Below the pieces are notes generated by a model. It was not told where the DNA came from. It did no database searches and saw only the letters and a list, made by a program, of their open reading frames with translations. A stretch of 61,859 nucleotides of DNA, taken from positions 1 to 61,859 of the IMG/VR virus record IMGVR_UViG_3300037424_001336; one strand, written 5' to 3'. Positions 53,383 through 61,859 of the stretch are shown here, one piece after another. A program made the translations under genes and the position numbers. The stretch comes from a virus. Lineage: Duplodnaviria > Caudoviricetes. Every line of letters begins with the position of its first letter. Positions within the stretch are counted from its first letter, which is position 1.

Positions 53383-53823
53383 TTACTTCGGGGTCTTCGC
53401 CGCCTTCTTGGCGGCCCTGGGCTTCGCCGCCGGCTTAGCGGGTTTCGCGGGGACTTCGACCTTGGCCGGCGCAGGCGGCGCCGCCACGGGTTCCTGGACG
53501 GGTTCGGCTTCCGGATGCTTGGCCACGGCCGTGTCCTTCATCTCCGTCTTCACGACCGGCACCGGGGCTGGACCCGGGAGAGGCTGGCCGGCATACCCGG
53601 CCCGGAACGCCTCAGCCCAGATCTGGTGGGGCCGTCCGTCTTCCATGTCGCGCGGGAACGGGTTCGGGAAATCCGGCAGCCCGATGGCGCGGGCCAGCGC
53701 GCCGGCCTTGTGGCCGGCCGTCACGTAGTCGGACGCCGGCACGTTGCAGAGCGCGGCATAGAACTGCCTCGCGTGTTTCGGGGAATGAGAGGTGATGGCG
53801 GCTTCGATCAGTTTGTTCAGCAT
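53383..53823 (-). CDS. Hypothetical protein with a K/A/P-rich tail
   Basis: GAGG RBS; ends PAKPAAKPRAAKKAAKTPK. Confidence 0.65.
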   Translation of the reverse strand: MLNKLIEAAITSHSPKHARQFYAALCNVPASDYVTAGHKAGALARAIGLPDFPNPFPRDMEDGRPHQIWAEAFRAGYAGQPLPGPAPVPVVKTEMKDTAVAKHPEAEPVQEPVAAPPAPAKVEVPAKPAKPAAKPRAAKKAAKTPK

Positions 53824-53833
53824 GTCCCTATCC

Positions 53834-54364
53834 TCAATGCAGGCTGGGTTTCCGCTCGCCCTGAGCGGCGAAATAGAGTTGCTCCGGCTTCGGGTCGAGG
53901 ACCTCGCGCATATGGTGGTGCCAGCACACCCAAGCCTCCTCGGCCTGCTCGATCCAGTGGTCGGCGCCGGCCTTGACGATGTCGACGAAGTCGTCTTCGA
54001 TCTCGACCGGGAACTGCGGGTCTCCACCGTGGTCTATCCACAGCAGAACCAGGCGTTCCGGGTAGCCGCTGCGGCCGGACAACACTTCCTCGACCGTGGG
54101 CTCGTGCCAGTCCGTCCACACCGCCAGCCATGCGCCGTCGTGATGGAGGTGATGGTTCAGCGCCTGGATCAGGGTGATGGCCATCTCCTGGTAACCCGGC
54201 GATGGCGTCAGGCCGACGGACCGCATGACTGGCGTCCCGTTGTCCCGGACCCACACCTTCCAGTGGCGGCGATCATCGCCCCCCATGTTGAAGTTGGCCT
54301 CGTCACCAAGCCGGGCGTTGAGGACGTCGGTGTCGAGCAGCTTGTCGTCGAGTCTGTGCCCCAT
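53834..54364 (-). CDS. Hypothetical protein
   Basis: GAGG RBS; follows the portal gene. Confidence 0.7.
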   Translation of the reverse strand: MGHRLDDKLLDTDVLNARLGDEANFNMGGDDRRHWKVWVRDNGTPVMRSVGLTPSPGYQEMAITLIQALNHHLHHDGAWLAVWTDWHEPTVEEVLSGRSGYPERLVLLWIDHGGDPQFPVEIEDDFVDIVKAGADHWIEQAEEAWVCWHHHMREVLDPKPEQLYFAAQGERKPSLH

Positions 54365-54372
54365 GGATTCCT

Positions 54373-56376
54373 CTATTGCATCGGTGGGACCTGGACCGGC
54401 ACGCCGCCCGGTTCCATGCCCTCATCAAGGGATAGCGCCTTGGTCTGGTCGGTGATCGTCGGCATCTGCGGGACCGCGCCGGCGCCGCCGCCGAGCCCGA
54501 GTTGAGCCAAGCGCTCCTTGAACTCCTCCTTGCGGGGGAGCGAACTCATGTCGATGATGATGTCGATGACGGCCGGCAGCACCTCGGGCGCCATGCCGCC
54601 CATCTCCTTGAGCAGGCCCAGCGCTTCCTCGTACTGCGCATTCTGGAAGGTCTTGGCCATCGGCGTCTCTTCGACGGTGACCGTGTATTTTCCCAGCGTC
54701 ACGTCGTTCAGACGGTCGCGGATGGTCTTGCCCAAGGGGTCGGTCATCGACTGGTTGATGACGAGGCGGGCGTGACGGCCGTCCTCACCCAGGATGCGGA
54801 ACACCCGCTCCTCGGTGTAGTGCTTCTGGACCAGCTGCAGGAACTTGCCGCCCAGCAGGGCCGCGGTGCGCGACCAGTTCGTGGAATAGAGTTGGATCGC
54901 AATCACGGCCTGGCGCTGGCGGGCCTCGATGGCGCGGCCGGACTGGACCTTGTCGAGGTCGCCCATCGCCGATTCGTTGACCCCGGCGATGTCCGGGATC
55001 TCCTCGCCGGCGGTCTCGCGGGCGCGGATCTGGCCCTCGTTGGCGCCCTTCGCCTCGATCGCGGTCGGCGCGTTCTTCCCCGCCTTGTATTCGATGGTGA
55101 CGCCGGGCTGGGAACCATACTTCTTGAGGTTGCGCTCCTGGATCGGATCGAGGCTGCCCTGCTCGTAGAACCAGCCGCCGTTGGCCAGCCGGGTCAGACC
55201 CAGGATCTCGGCGTTGCGCCGCTTGTTGTACTCCTTCTGGGGGTCGATCAGGTCGGCCACCATGCCGCGGGTCTGCCCCCTGCGGAAGTACGGGAAATAT
55301 CCGTTGAGCGTGTAGGAGTCGTAGGGCGAGAAGCCGTCGAACACCATGACGTCGCCGATGAAGGTGGACCAGCCGATGCGGGTCATCGGGCGCTCGGCGA
55401 CGCGCAGCGGGTTGCCCAGCCGTTCCGCGAAGTACACGCACTTGTCGATCCACTCGCTCCGGGTCTGGACGCCGTCGGTCAGCTTGGCGACGGTGGCCTC
55501 GTCGGGGATGATCTTGCGGTCGCCGGTCTCCAGATCGATGAACACCTCGCAGTTCTCGGTGACCTTGTATTGGGTGTCGAGCAGCCGGACGTTCCGCCGG
55601 TAGGGGTCGACGAACTCATGGAAGGCCTGCATCACGGAGCGGCGCTCGTCGTAGCCGCCCTCGTCGAAGCCGAACCCGGTGACCGGCCGGATATCTTCGC
55701 TCGGGATGTTGACGTAACTGGACGGGAACGAGGAATAGCCGTCGGTCCGAAACAGGTTGCCAACCAGGTTCTCGGCTTCGGGGCCGTAGCCGTAGCGGAC
55801 CTCGGCCAGGCTGACCCAGCGCGATTCGAAGACGAAGCTGCCCTTGTTGACGTCGTACTCGGTGAGGTCGGGGTCGACGTAGATTGAGAACGGGTCCTTG
55901 CTGTTCATCGCGATTTCGCCGAGGTCGTTGTCGGTGAAATCGAGGCGGGAATCGAACCATCCCCGCCCCGTCACGATGCCGTCCATGATCACTTCGGTAT
56001 CGACGAAGGCATTGCTGCCCATCTTCGAGACTGTCTTCCAGATCTGGCTGATGGCCTCGGCAACCTGCTGGGAGCCCATGTCGTCGAGGCTGGGCATGAA
56101 CTGCAAGTCGGTTCTGTTGTTGGCGAAGAAGCCGAGGACGAGGCGGACCAGCCGGCCAATCTTGTTGAAGGTGTAGCTGGGCTGGCGCCTCGCTTCGAGG
56201 GCGGCCCTGATCTCTTCCTTGACCTGCCGGCTTTCCAGGAAGTCGTAGCATTCCTTGGCCACCGTCGCCCATTTGGCGTGGGCCTCGGCGGCGCGCACCC
56301 AGCGGTCAAGGTGGAAGATGACCTTCTGGGCGTCCTGCGGCGGCAGTTTACGGGGCGGGATCGGGCCGAACAGCAT
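54373..56376 (-). CDS. Portal protein (P22-like)
   Basis: FNKI...V..VLG, GRGW, GMVADLIDPQKEYNKR, SGRAIEARQ and HYTEERVFRILG. Confidence 0.9.
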   Translation of the reverse strand: MLFGPIPPRKLPPQDAQKVIFHLDRWVRAAEAHAKWATVAKECYDFLESRQVKEEIRAALEARRQPSYTFNKIGRLVRLVLGFFANNRTDLQFMPSLDDMGSQQVAEAISQIWKTVSKMGSNAFVDTEVIMDGIVTGRGWFDSRLDFTDNDLGEIAMNSKDPFSIYVDPDLTEYDVNKGSFVFESRWVSLAEVRYGYGPEAENLVGNLFRTDGYSSFPSSYVNIPSEDIRPVTGFGFDEGGYDERRSVMQAFHEFVDPYRRNVRLLDTQYKVTENCEVFIDLETGDRKIIPDEATVAKLTDGVQTRSEWIDKCVYFAERLGNPLRVAERPMTRIGWSTFIGDVMVFDGFSPYDSYTLNGYFPYFRRGQTRGMVADLIDPQKEYNKRRNAEILGLTRLANGGWFYEQGSLDPIQERNLKKYGSQPGVTIEYKAGKNAPTAIEAKGANEGQIRARETAGEEIPDIAGVNESAMGDLDKVQSGRAIEARQRQAVIAIQLYSTNWSRTAALLGGKFLQLVQKHYTEERVFRILGEDGRHARLVINQSMTDPLGKTIRDRLNDVTLGKYTVTVEETPMAKTFQNAQYEEALGLLKEMGGMAPEVLPAVIDIIIDMSSLPRKEEFKERLAQLGLGGGAGAVPQMPTITDQTKALSLDEGMEPGGVPVQVPPMQ

Positions 56377-56379
56377 TGC

Positions 56380-56709
56380 CTACTGCTTTCCCCAGAACTC
56401 GGCGTAGATCAGGATGGTGCCCGAGGAAGACAGCACCGACAGATTGGCGACGCCTTCGCAGCCATAGACCCGGGACGCCCCGCCATCGGCGGCGGCCGGC
56501 ACCAGGATCGAGGCGGACCCGTCGGTGACGTCTCCGGTCGCCGCGGCGGCGGTGCCGTCGGGTTTCAGGTAGAAGGCCGTCAGGCTGGTCGCCCGGAAAC
56601 ACACTGCCCCGGACGGGACGGCGATGCTCTCGGCGGTGGAGGCGTCGACCTGGCGCGCCAACACATAATCCGGGACAGGCGGCGGCCGGTCTGGAGTGTA
56701 GGGCTTCAT
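56380..56709 (-). CDS. Hypothetical structural protein
   Basis: GAGGAG RBS; coupled. Confidence 0.65.
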   Translation of the reverse strand: MKPYTPDRPPPVPDYVLARQVDASTAESIAVPSGAVCFRATSLTAFYLKPDGTAAAATGDVTDGSASILVPAAADGGASRVYGCEGVANLSVLSSSGTILIYAEFWGKQ

Positions 56710-56897
56710 GGCTCCTCGCTTTCGGCAGAGGATTCCTGGGGCTCATCGACCTTGTCGGAGCCCCTGTCGATCTGGGTCAGCCAGAACTCGCAATCCTGCA
56801 AGGCGCCGGCGTGGGCGTCGTGGGCCGCCTTGATGGTCACCATCTCGGCCTGCAAGATTGCGATCCTGGCCTCAATCTGCTTGCGGCTGATCATCAC
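56706..56897 (-). CDS. Small coiled-coil protein
   Basis: Coupled on both sides. Confidence 0.6.
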   Translation of the reverse strand: MMISRKQIEARIAILQAEMVTIKAAHDAHAGALQDCEFWLTQIDRGSDKVDEPQESSAESEEP

Positions 56898-57733
56898 GAA
56901 CCGCCGCAGGCCTTGGAGGTGTGCAGCGGGATGAAGTAGGCGGTGCCGCCGATCCTGACCCGAAGCGTGTGGGTCTTGGCGATGCCCGTCTTGGCTTCGG
57001 CCTCGAACAGGTCATCGGTGCCGGCGGCGACGCCGGTTCCGAGTTCGAATAGGTAGCCGTTCGCGTTGAAGGTCGCGGCCGCGGCGCCGCTGACATTGCC
57101 GTGCAGAAACGCAGTCGCCGTTCCGGTGTCGGCGCTGGTCGGCATTACGATCTCGGACTCCAGGGGCGCGTAGCTGCCCTCGGTGCAGCCCGCCGAGAGC
57201 GACATCTCCGCGACCAATGCCGACCCCAGCCCGGTGACCCGGCCGCTGGCCCCGAATACGGTTTCGGCCTTGAGGGCGTTGGCCCAACCGCCGAGAGCGA
57301 CGTTGGTGTCCAGACGATACCGGGCACGGCCCCCGACCCCGCCGATTCCGGTAAGGGTGGTGTTGACCAGGAGGGACTCGACGCTGGTGCTGGCCGCCGT
57401 GCTGGCGCTGGTGAACGCCAGTTTGCGGTTGCTGTCGGGGACCAAGGCCTTCTCTGCCACGATCGTGCCGGCGAGGGCGCCGTCAAGGAACTGGAGTTCG
57501 GCCAAGGCGAGACCGGATGCGCCGGCCGGAGCCCAATCGGTATTCAGGGCGTTGTCCGTGGCGCGATACCAGACCTTGTTCGTGGTGTCGAAGCAAAGCT
57601 GGCCCACGTATTCGGGAACCAGGGCGGCCACCGGGGTGCCGGCGTTCTCGACATACGCGAAATACTTCCGCATCAGCGGGAACGTGATATCGGCGGTGGG
57701 AAACTTCTTGTCGAACAGGGTGCGGCTCAACAT
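56894..57733 (-). CDS. Fibre-like structural protein between TerL and portal
   Basis: P.YVGQLCFDTTNKVWY; C-terminal LRVRIGGTAYFIP. Confidence 0.65.
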   Translation of the reverse strand: MLSRTLFDKKFPTADITFPLMRKYFAYVENAGTPVAALVPEYVGQLCFDTTNKVWYRATDNALNTDWAPAGASGLALAELQFLDGALAGTIVAEKALVPDSNRKLAFTSASTAASTSVESLLVNTTLTGIGGVGGRARYRLDTNVALGGWANALKAETVFGASGRVTGLGSALVAEMSLSAGCTEGSYAPLESEIVMPTSADTGTATAFLHGNVSGAAAATFNANGYLFELGTGVAAGTDDLFEAEAKTGIAKTHTLRVRIGGTAYFIPLHTSKACGGS

Positions 57734-57747
57734 CGGGACTCTCCTTT

Positions 57748-59328
57748 CTAGACGGCGTCGAAGCTCGCCGGCATGTCATCCATGGAATCGTGGGGTTGGT
57801 CGGTGGAGGCGGCGCCCAGGTTGCCCATGACCTCGTCGTCGGGGCTGTAGCCCTGGGCGAATTGCCGGAAGGAATCGGCGCCGTGAACGTGGATGTCCTT
57901 GTGGTGCCGGTCCGCCCACCGCCCCAGCTTCTCGTCCCAATCGTGCCGGTAATTGTCGAGGTCGAGGATGCCATCGGCGCACTTCTTCTCGTCGAACCAG
58001 CATGACCCGAGAACCTGGCGCACCGCCTCGCGGCCGTCCTCGATGCGCTCGATGCGGGGCACCACGACGATCGGCCGGATGCCCAAGGCCTCGGCGACTT
58101 CCTTGCGGCTCTTGCCGCCCGTCGTGCTGAGTTCGCGGACCTCGGCGTCGTGAGGCAGGTAGTGCTTGCCGTAGACGTAGCCCCGCTCCTGCAGGACGCG
58201 GGCGTAGTGGTCGAAGCCGTGGCCGTGGTTGCGGTAGAAGTCGATGAACCGGTTCTCGTGGCGATACCGCTGGTGGAACCAGATCGTCATCATGTCGTTC
58301 ATGCCGAGGTCCCAGAACGTGTTGACCGCCAGGCTGGGCTCCCAGGGCACGAAGCCGATGCGGCCCTGCTCGCGGACCCGGGTCATCTGGGTGGCGTAGT
58401 AGGCTCCCTCGATCGCCGCCTCGAAGGCTTCCTTCGGGGTCGAGGGGTGTTCCCGCTTCATGTCGTCGGTGAGGTCATGAAGTTTCTTCGCGTACCAGGA
58501 CTTCTGTCCCCGATCGAGTGCGCAGCCCGTCTCCGCCATGACCGCGGTGAAGTAAGCCTCGTGCTCGTCGGTGATCACGACGTTGGCGGCGTCTGCGGGG
58601 GTCAGGCGGTTCCCCGCGTCCTGGAACCACCCGAAGAAGAAGAACTTCCAATCCAGCGCCGTCAGGGGCTTGCCCATCTCCGCCATCTTCTTGGCGTCCT
58701 GGCAGCGCCGGAAGAAGTCGCCGTCCTGGCCCTCTGCCGTGCTCTCGATCCAGACGATCTGGCCAACGTGCACGGCCTCAAGGGCGCCAGTCCGGATTTC
58801 CCGGGCCTTCTCCGGGTACTGAGCGCAGATCTTGCCGTACTCGCTGATATGCAATCTCTGCAAAGTTGAGCTTCGGAACGAGGTGTCGACCGCGATGCTC
58901 GAGTTGTTCGAGAACATCATGGTCCGGACCGAATCTTGCTTTGCCGGCCGCTTCGCCTTTAACCCCTCGGGCAGATGGTCATAAGGGAACTTGACCTTGT
59001 CCCGGAAGATGTCCTCTGCCTTCTCCACGGTGTGGGCGATGGTGCCGCACCGCATGTCGCTGTTGAACAAGGCATCATCCAGCATGTCGAGCTGGATCAG
59101 CGTCGTCATCCCGTGGCGCCGGGATTTGAGGATCAGGTTCAGGTTATGGGTGCCGTCGAAGACTTGCTCCTGAACGGGGTTCATCCGGAACGGGACACGC
59201 TTCCCGTCCTTATCGACGATCCAGTACAGGTTGTTGAGCCGCCACTTCTTGTTGGCGAACTGTGCGGCAGTGGCCTCGATGCGCCGGAAGGACTCAGCGT
59301 CGGCCGGAGGGCGGCTTTGTCCGGCCAT
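57748..59328 (-). CDS. terL: Terminase large subunit
   Basis: WRLNNLYWI, LKSRRHGMTT, LHISE, ESTAEG, WDLG and HGADSFR. Confidence 0.95.
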   Translation of the reverse strand: MAGQSRPPADAESFRRIEATAAQFANKKWRLNNLYWIVDKDGKRVPFRMNPVQEQVFDGTHNLNLILKSRRHGMTTLIQLDMLDDALFNSDMRCGTIAHTVEKAEDIFRDKVKFPYDHLPEGLKAKRPAKQDSVRTMMFSNNSSIAVDTSFRSSTLQRLHISEYGKICAQYPEKAREIRTGALEAVHVGQIVWIESTAEGQDGDFFRRCQDAKKMAEMGKPLTALDWKFFFFGWFQDAGNRLTPADAANVVITDEHEAYFTAVMAETGCALDRGQKSWYAKKLHDLTDDMKREHPSTPKEAFEAAIEGAYYATQMTRVREQGRIGFVPWEPSLAVNTFWDLGMNDMMTIWFHQRYRHENRFIDFYRNHGHGFDHYARVLQERGYVYGKHYLPHDAEVRELSTTGGKSRKEVAEALGIRPIVVVPRIERIEDGREAVRQVLGSCWFDEKKCADGILDLDNYRHDWDEKLGRWADRHHKDIHVHGADSFRQFAQGYSPDDEVMGNLGAASTDQPHDSMDDMPASFDAV

Positions 59329-59857
59329 CAATCGCCTCAAGGATTTGGTCCAGGGCGTCCTTCTCGGCGCCGCCCTTCTCGGGCTCGAACAGGCCGAGGT
59401 GCTTGCCGAGGTCGACCAGGGCGCCCCGCTTGTCGAGCAGCTTGAACTTGATCTTGCGGACGTCGCGGGCGCCCTTGCCGCGGCCGTCCTTGAAGTCCTC
59501 GACCGTCAATTCGCCGATGGCGGCGGCCTGCTCTGGGGTCAGTCCGGAGAAGTCGAAGTAGGGATCGCCGTCGCCGCCGACCTTGAAGAAATCGCCCAGG
59601 TTGGAGAACGCGATCTTGGCCAACTCGTTCAGCACGCGGTCCCGGGTGATCCCGGTATCGTGGCTGATTTGCTGTTGCTTCGCCCGGATAGCTTCGGAAA
59701 CGAAACCTTTATGAACCAGTTTATAACCCATTTGCGCGGCGGTCTTCGGCGAGTAGCCTGCGCGAATGGCGGCTTCCTTGGGGTTGAGGTCGATCAGGTA
59801 CTCGTCGACAAACTTAACCTCTTTGGCGGTGAGGCTATCCTTCTTGCGCCTGCCCAT
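59294..59857 (-). CDS. terS: Terminase small subunit
   Basis: LTAKEVKFVDEYLIDLNPKEAAIRAGYSPKTA...LGKHLGLF. Confidence 0.95.
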   Translation of the reverse strand: MGRRKKDSLTAKEVKFVDEYLIDLNPKEAAIRAGYSPKTAAQMGYKLVHKGFVSEAIRAKQQQISHDTGITRDRVLNELAKIAFSNLGDFFKVGGDGDPYFDFSGLTPEQAAAIGELTVEDFKDGRGKGARDVRKIKFKLLDKRGALVDLGKHLGLFEPEKGGAEKDALDQILEAIDGRTKPPSGRR

Positions 59858-59860
59858 CGA

Positions 59861-60085
59861 TCAATGACCCCGCGCCATGCGCCTGGCGAACCAGCGCGCC
59901 GTGCGGTGGCGATGCGCCCGCTCTTCCTGGCATCGCACCACCACGGCTTGGGCATATTCGATTTCAAAGCTGCGCCGCCGGTTGTGCTCGGCCTGCGCGC
60001 CATCCATCTCGGCCAGGACGGGCCCCTCAATCGGCTGGAGCATGGCCCACAGATCCCGTTTCGGCCGGCCCGCCCGGTTGTGCAA
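59861..60085 (-). CDS. Hypothetical protein (start uncertain)
   Basis: ORF track; in operon orientation. Confidence 0.4.
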   Translation of the reverse strand: MHNRAGRPKRDLWAMLQPIEGPVLAEMDGAQAEHNRRRSFEIEYAQAVVVRCQEERAHRHRTARWFARRMARGH

Positions 60086-60224
60086 ACACCCTCAGCGCAT
60101 CAAACACGATGCCGCGCAACTGTTCGTAGCTTGGCGCGACCAGGCGGTCGCCGCCGAGGCCGTGCTCCACCTTCACGAGGAAGCCGCCCGTCAACTCCTC
60201 GATAGCGATGCTGATCTTTTTCAT
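60027..60224 (-). CDS. Hypothetical protein
   Basis: AAGGAGG RBS; MKKISIAIEELTGGFLV. Confidence 0.55.
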   Translation of the reverse strand: MKKISIAIEELTGGFLVKVEHGLGGDRLVAPSYEQLRGIVFDALRVFAQPGGPAETGSVGHAPAD

Positions 60225-60249
60225 CCTGCCGCCTCCTTCATGTCCGCCA

Positions 60250-60280
60250 GCCAAAGAAAAGCCCGCGCGGGGCGGGCCTC
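60250..60280 (-). terminator. Terminator after the tRNA, upstream of the late genes
   Basis: Minus strand gcccgc-cccgc-gcgggc followed by ttttcttt. Confidence 0.7.
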
Positions 60281-60298
60281 ATGTCACGATCCTGAAAC

Positions 60299-60374
60299 TG
60301 GTAGCGGGCCCCGGAGTTGAACCGGGCTTGTCCGGTTATGAGCCGAACCAGGGCACCGGCCCTGGCCACCCGCG
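60299..60374 (-). tRNA. Atypical tRNA-Met(CAT), initiator-like
   Basis: CGCGGGTGGCCAGGGCCGGTGCCCTGGTTCGGCTCATAACCGGACAAGCCCGGTTCAACTCCGGGGCCCGCTACCA; C1:U72 mismatch; encoded CCA. Confidence 0.8.
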
Positions 60375-60470
60375 TTTAAGTCAAATGTTGATTGCTTCCC
60401 GGATATGTCATATGCTTACGACATCCGCCGGGAACTTCCGGCGCACCCTCACAGAGAGGAGATCGGTCAG

Positions 60471-60677
60471 ATGGCATACAAGACCTACCAGGAACGCATC
60501 AAAGAGATCGACCCGACCGTTGATCCGCGCCACGTCGAGGCCTGCATGCGGCTCCAGTACGGCACGCTCGACCACCTTCCCGACTGGACGTTCCGCGATG
60601 AGGTTGCGCTGTTCAAGGCTTGCGAGGCCGAGCGGCCCGGCTTCGGCGAGAGCGTGGCGCGGTCCTACGGGCTATGA
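60471..60677 (+). CDS. Small protein of a counter-oriented cassette
   Basis: AGGAG RBS; upstream promoter TTGATT-17-TATGCT at about 60388-60416. Confidence 0.7.
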   Translation: MAYKTYQERIKEIDPTVDPRHVEACMRLQYGTLDHLPDWTFRDEVALFKACEAERPGFGESVARSYGL

Positions 60678-60895
60678 CCAACCTCATCACGGAAGCGGGC
60701 CTCCACTTGTGGGGTCCTCAGTGGCAAACCCCGATGGCACGGGAAACCGGCCATTCCGTCCGCACCGTCCAGCGGTGGGCGGCGGGAACCTCCAAGCCCA
60801 GGGCCAGGGTCTATGCCGATCTGCTCGCCATTGCCGCCACCAGGGTTTCCACCCTGGGCGGGCTGATGTCGAAGCTGCAGGCCGCGAAATCCTGA
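60674..60895 (+). CDS. HTH regulator of the counter-oriented cassette
   Basis: LWGPQWQTPMARETGHSVRTVQRWAAG; ATGA coupling. Confidence 0.8.
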   Translation: MTNLITEAGLHLWGPQWQTPMARETGHSVRTVQRWAAGTSKPRARVYADLLAIAATRVSTLGGLMSKLQAAKS

Positions 60896-60898
60896 ACA

Positions 60899-60928
60899 GC
60901 AAAAAGCCCCCGCGTCAGCGGAGGCTCT
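60899..60928 (-). terminator. Terminator overlapping the stop of the NusG-like gene
   Basis: Minus strand agcctccgc-tgac-gcgggggct followed by tttt. Confidence 0.7.
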
Positions 60929-61451
60929 GGCATGCGCCGCCCGTCGGGTTAAGAGGCTCAACATCCTCCGGCCCGACGGTGAGGGGAATCAGTCGATCCC
61001 CAAACGAGCGCAACCATACCACTATCGACGCGCCCCTATCAAGAGAAACCGTTGCTATGAACCCGGCGAACGGCCCGGATTCCAGCGTGACCTGAGTGCC
61101 CCTCTCAAGCCGCTCGCGCACCGGGGCGGCCGGCACGTCCACGAGGCCATCCCGGTTTCCCTTGGCGCGCAGTTCGTCCATGACGCGGTCGGGGACCGCC
61201 AGAGGCTCGTCACCGAAGTACACCACCGTGCTTACGCCCTGGGTCTTGTTGACCTTGCCGATGCTCTGCCCGGGTTCGACGCCGACGAACAGATACCGCG
61301 GGAAATAGGGTTTCAGGACCCCGATCTTGCGGTTGGCGTGGCTGACGGTGCCCATGTAGTGCAGATACAGCGTGTCGTAGCCCTGGCGCCGCAGTTCCTG
61401 GTGGGCCATCCACTCGGCGCGGGCGTTGGTCAGCACGGCGAACCACTTCAT
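60915..61451 (-). CDS. NusG/RfaH-family antiterminator (late activator position)
   Basis: WFAVLT...E...L..QG...PYFPRYLFV NGN domain and GTQVTLESGPFAGF KOW motif. Confidence 0.9.
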   Translation of the reverse strand: MKWFAVLTNARAEWMAHQELRRQGYDTLYLHYMGTVSHANRKIGVLKPYFPRYLFVGVEPGQSIGKVNKTQGVSTVVYFGDEPLAVPDRVMDELRAKGNRDGLVDVPAAPVRERLERGTQVTLESGPFAGFIATVSLDRGASIVVWLRSFGDRLIPLTVGPEDVEPLNPTGGACQSLR

Positions 61452-61636
61452 GATTTTTTGCCCCTCTTCCGTCTCGCCTTCCGCACCGCATCGATGTCCC
61501 GCTCCAGCTGCCGGGCCACGGCCCTCACATGCTCCCGGCAGGCCGACCGGCCGCGAGGCGTGCCATACCGGGCCCGGGCACGGCGGAGGGCGGCGGCGAT
61601 TTCTGCGATGTCGACAAGGTCGGGGAAAGTGATCAT
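61448..61636 (-). CDS. Small basic hypothetical protein
   Basis: ATGA coupling to the NusG-like gene. Confidence 0.55.
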   Translation of the reverse strand: MITFPDLVDIAEIAAALRRARARYGTPRGRSACREHVRAVARQLERDIDAVRKARRKRGKKS

Positions 61637-61654
61637 GGCTCACCGCGCATCTCG

Positions 61655-61859
61655 TCAGGTGCCTTTCGCAAGGATTTCCTCCACGACAAAGGGGTTCAGA
61701 GGCGGCTTCGCCCGGCCGCGCCTGTCGTTGGCGATGTTGATGACGGCACGCGGCGTCATCGTGTCGAAGCCGTTCACCTTCCAGAGCGCGGGGTTGTCGT
61801 CGTCCGGCTCGATCTTGACCTTCTGGGACCGCAGCCACGTCACGACGGCCAGGAATTGG
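61655..61859 (-). CDS. Hypothetical protein, 5' end off the window
   Basis: Frame is open to the window edge: QFLAVVTWLRSQKVKIEP... Confidence 0.55.
   Translation of the reverse strand, partial: QFLAVVTWLRSQKVKIEPDDDNPALWKVNGFDTMTPRAVINIANDRRGRAKPPLNPFVVEEILAKGT

Larger units (their letters stand above)
1..61859. mobile_element. Temperate podovirus-like phage genome, near-complete, excised form, truncated at both window edges
   Basis: Terminases, P22-like portal, capsid, ejection proteins, lysis genes, integrase with attP, cI/cro, DnaB and RecT are all present. There are no host housekeeping genes and no tail tube, sheath or tape-measure operon. Confidence 0.93.

Noticed and set aside
1-61859. 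Direct circular join of the window ends
   Set aside because: The genes running off each end do not join in frame and no terminal repeat is visible; some sequence is missing.

Overview
The whole window is a near-complete temperate phage genome with a podovirus-type (P22/N4-like) structural module. It appears to be in its excised form, because an intact attP lies at about 24350-24630, and the host is probably alphaproteobacterial (GapR homologue, high GC). In order, it contains: (1) a leftward replication and modification arm (Gp88-like Fe-S protein, MT-A70 methylase, DUF1376 initiator, DnaB, an end-less frameshifted TnpB, a DUF2303 gene pair, tRNA-Pro, GapR-like protein); (2) a cro/cI switch with five related 17-bp operators; (3) a rightward early operon (DnaQ-like exonuclease, RecT, HNH proteins, DUF5131 and about 25 small genes joined by conserved linkers); (4) xis, attP in tRNA-Pro(TGG), a methylase block and a tyrosine integrase; (5) a leftward late operon, read from the right end: NusG-like antiterminator, atypical tRNA-Met, terminases, portal, scaffold, capsid, an intact IS1341-type tnpB insertion, tail fibre and spike, ejection proteins, a 2735-aa polyvalent protein, holin and lysozyme. 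The most striking candidate novelty is a counter-oriented secreted mini-protein with its own promoter. It consists mostly of two copies of a G-x-I-G-x-H-P-D-D-(F/Y) motif that also occurs twice in a neighbouring ejection protein, which suggests superinfection exclusion by peptide mimicry. Other leads are a GapR fusion with an FtsZ-like C-terminal peptide, a membrane-anchored copy of the integrase arm domain, a cassette-like small-gene array and a minimal kinase. All family assignments come from motif recognition by eye; no database searches were run.
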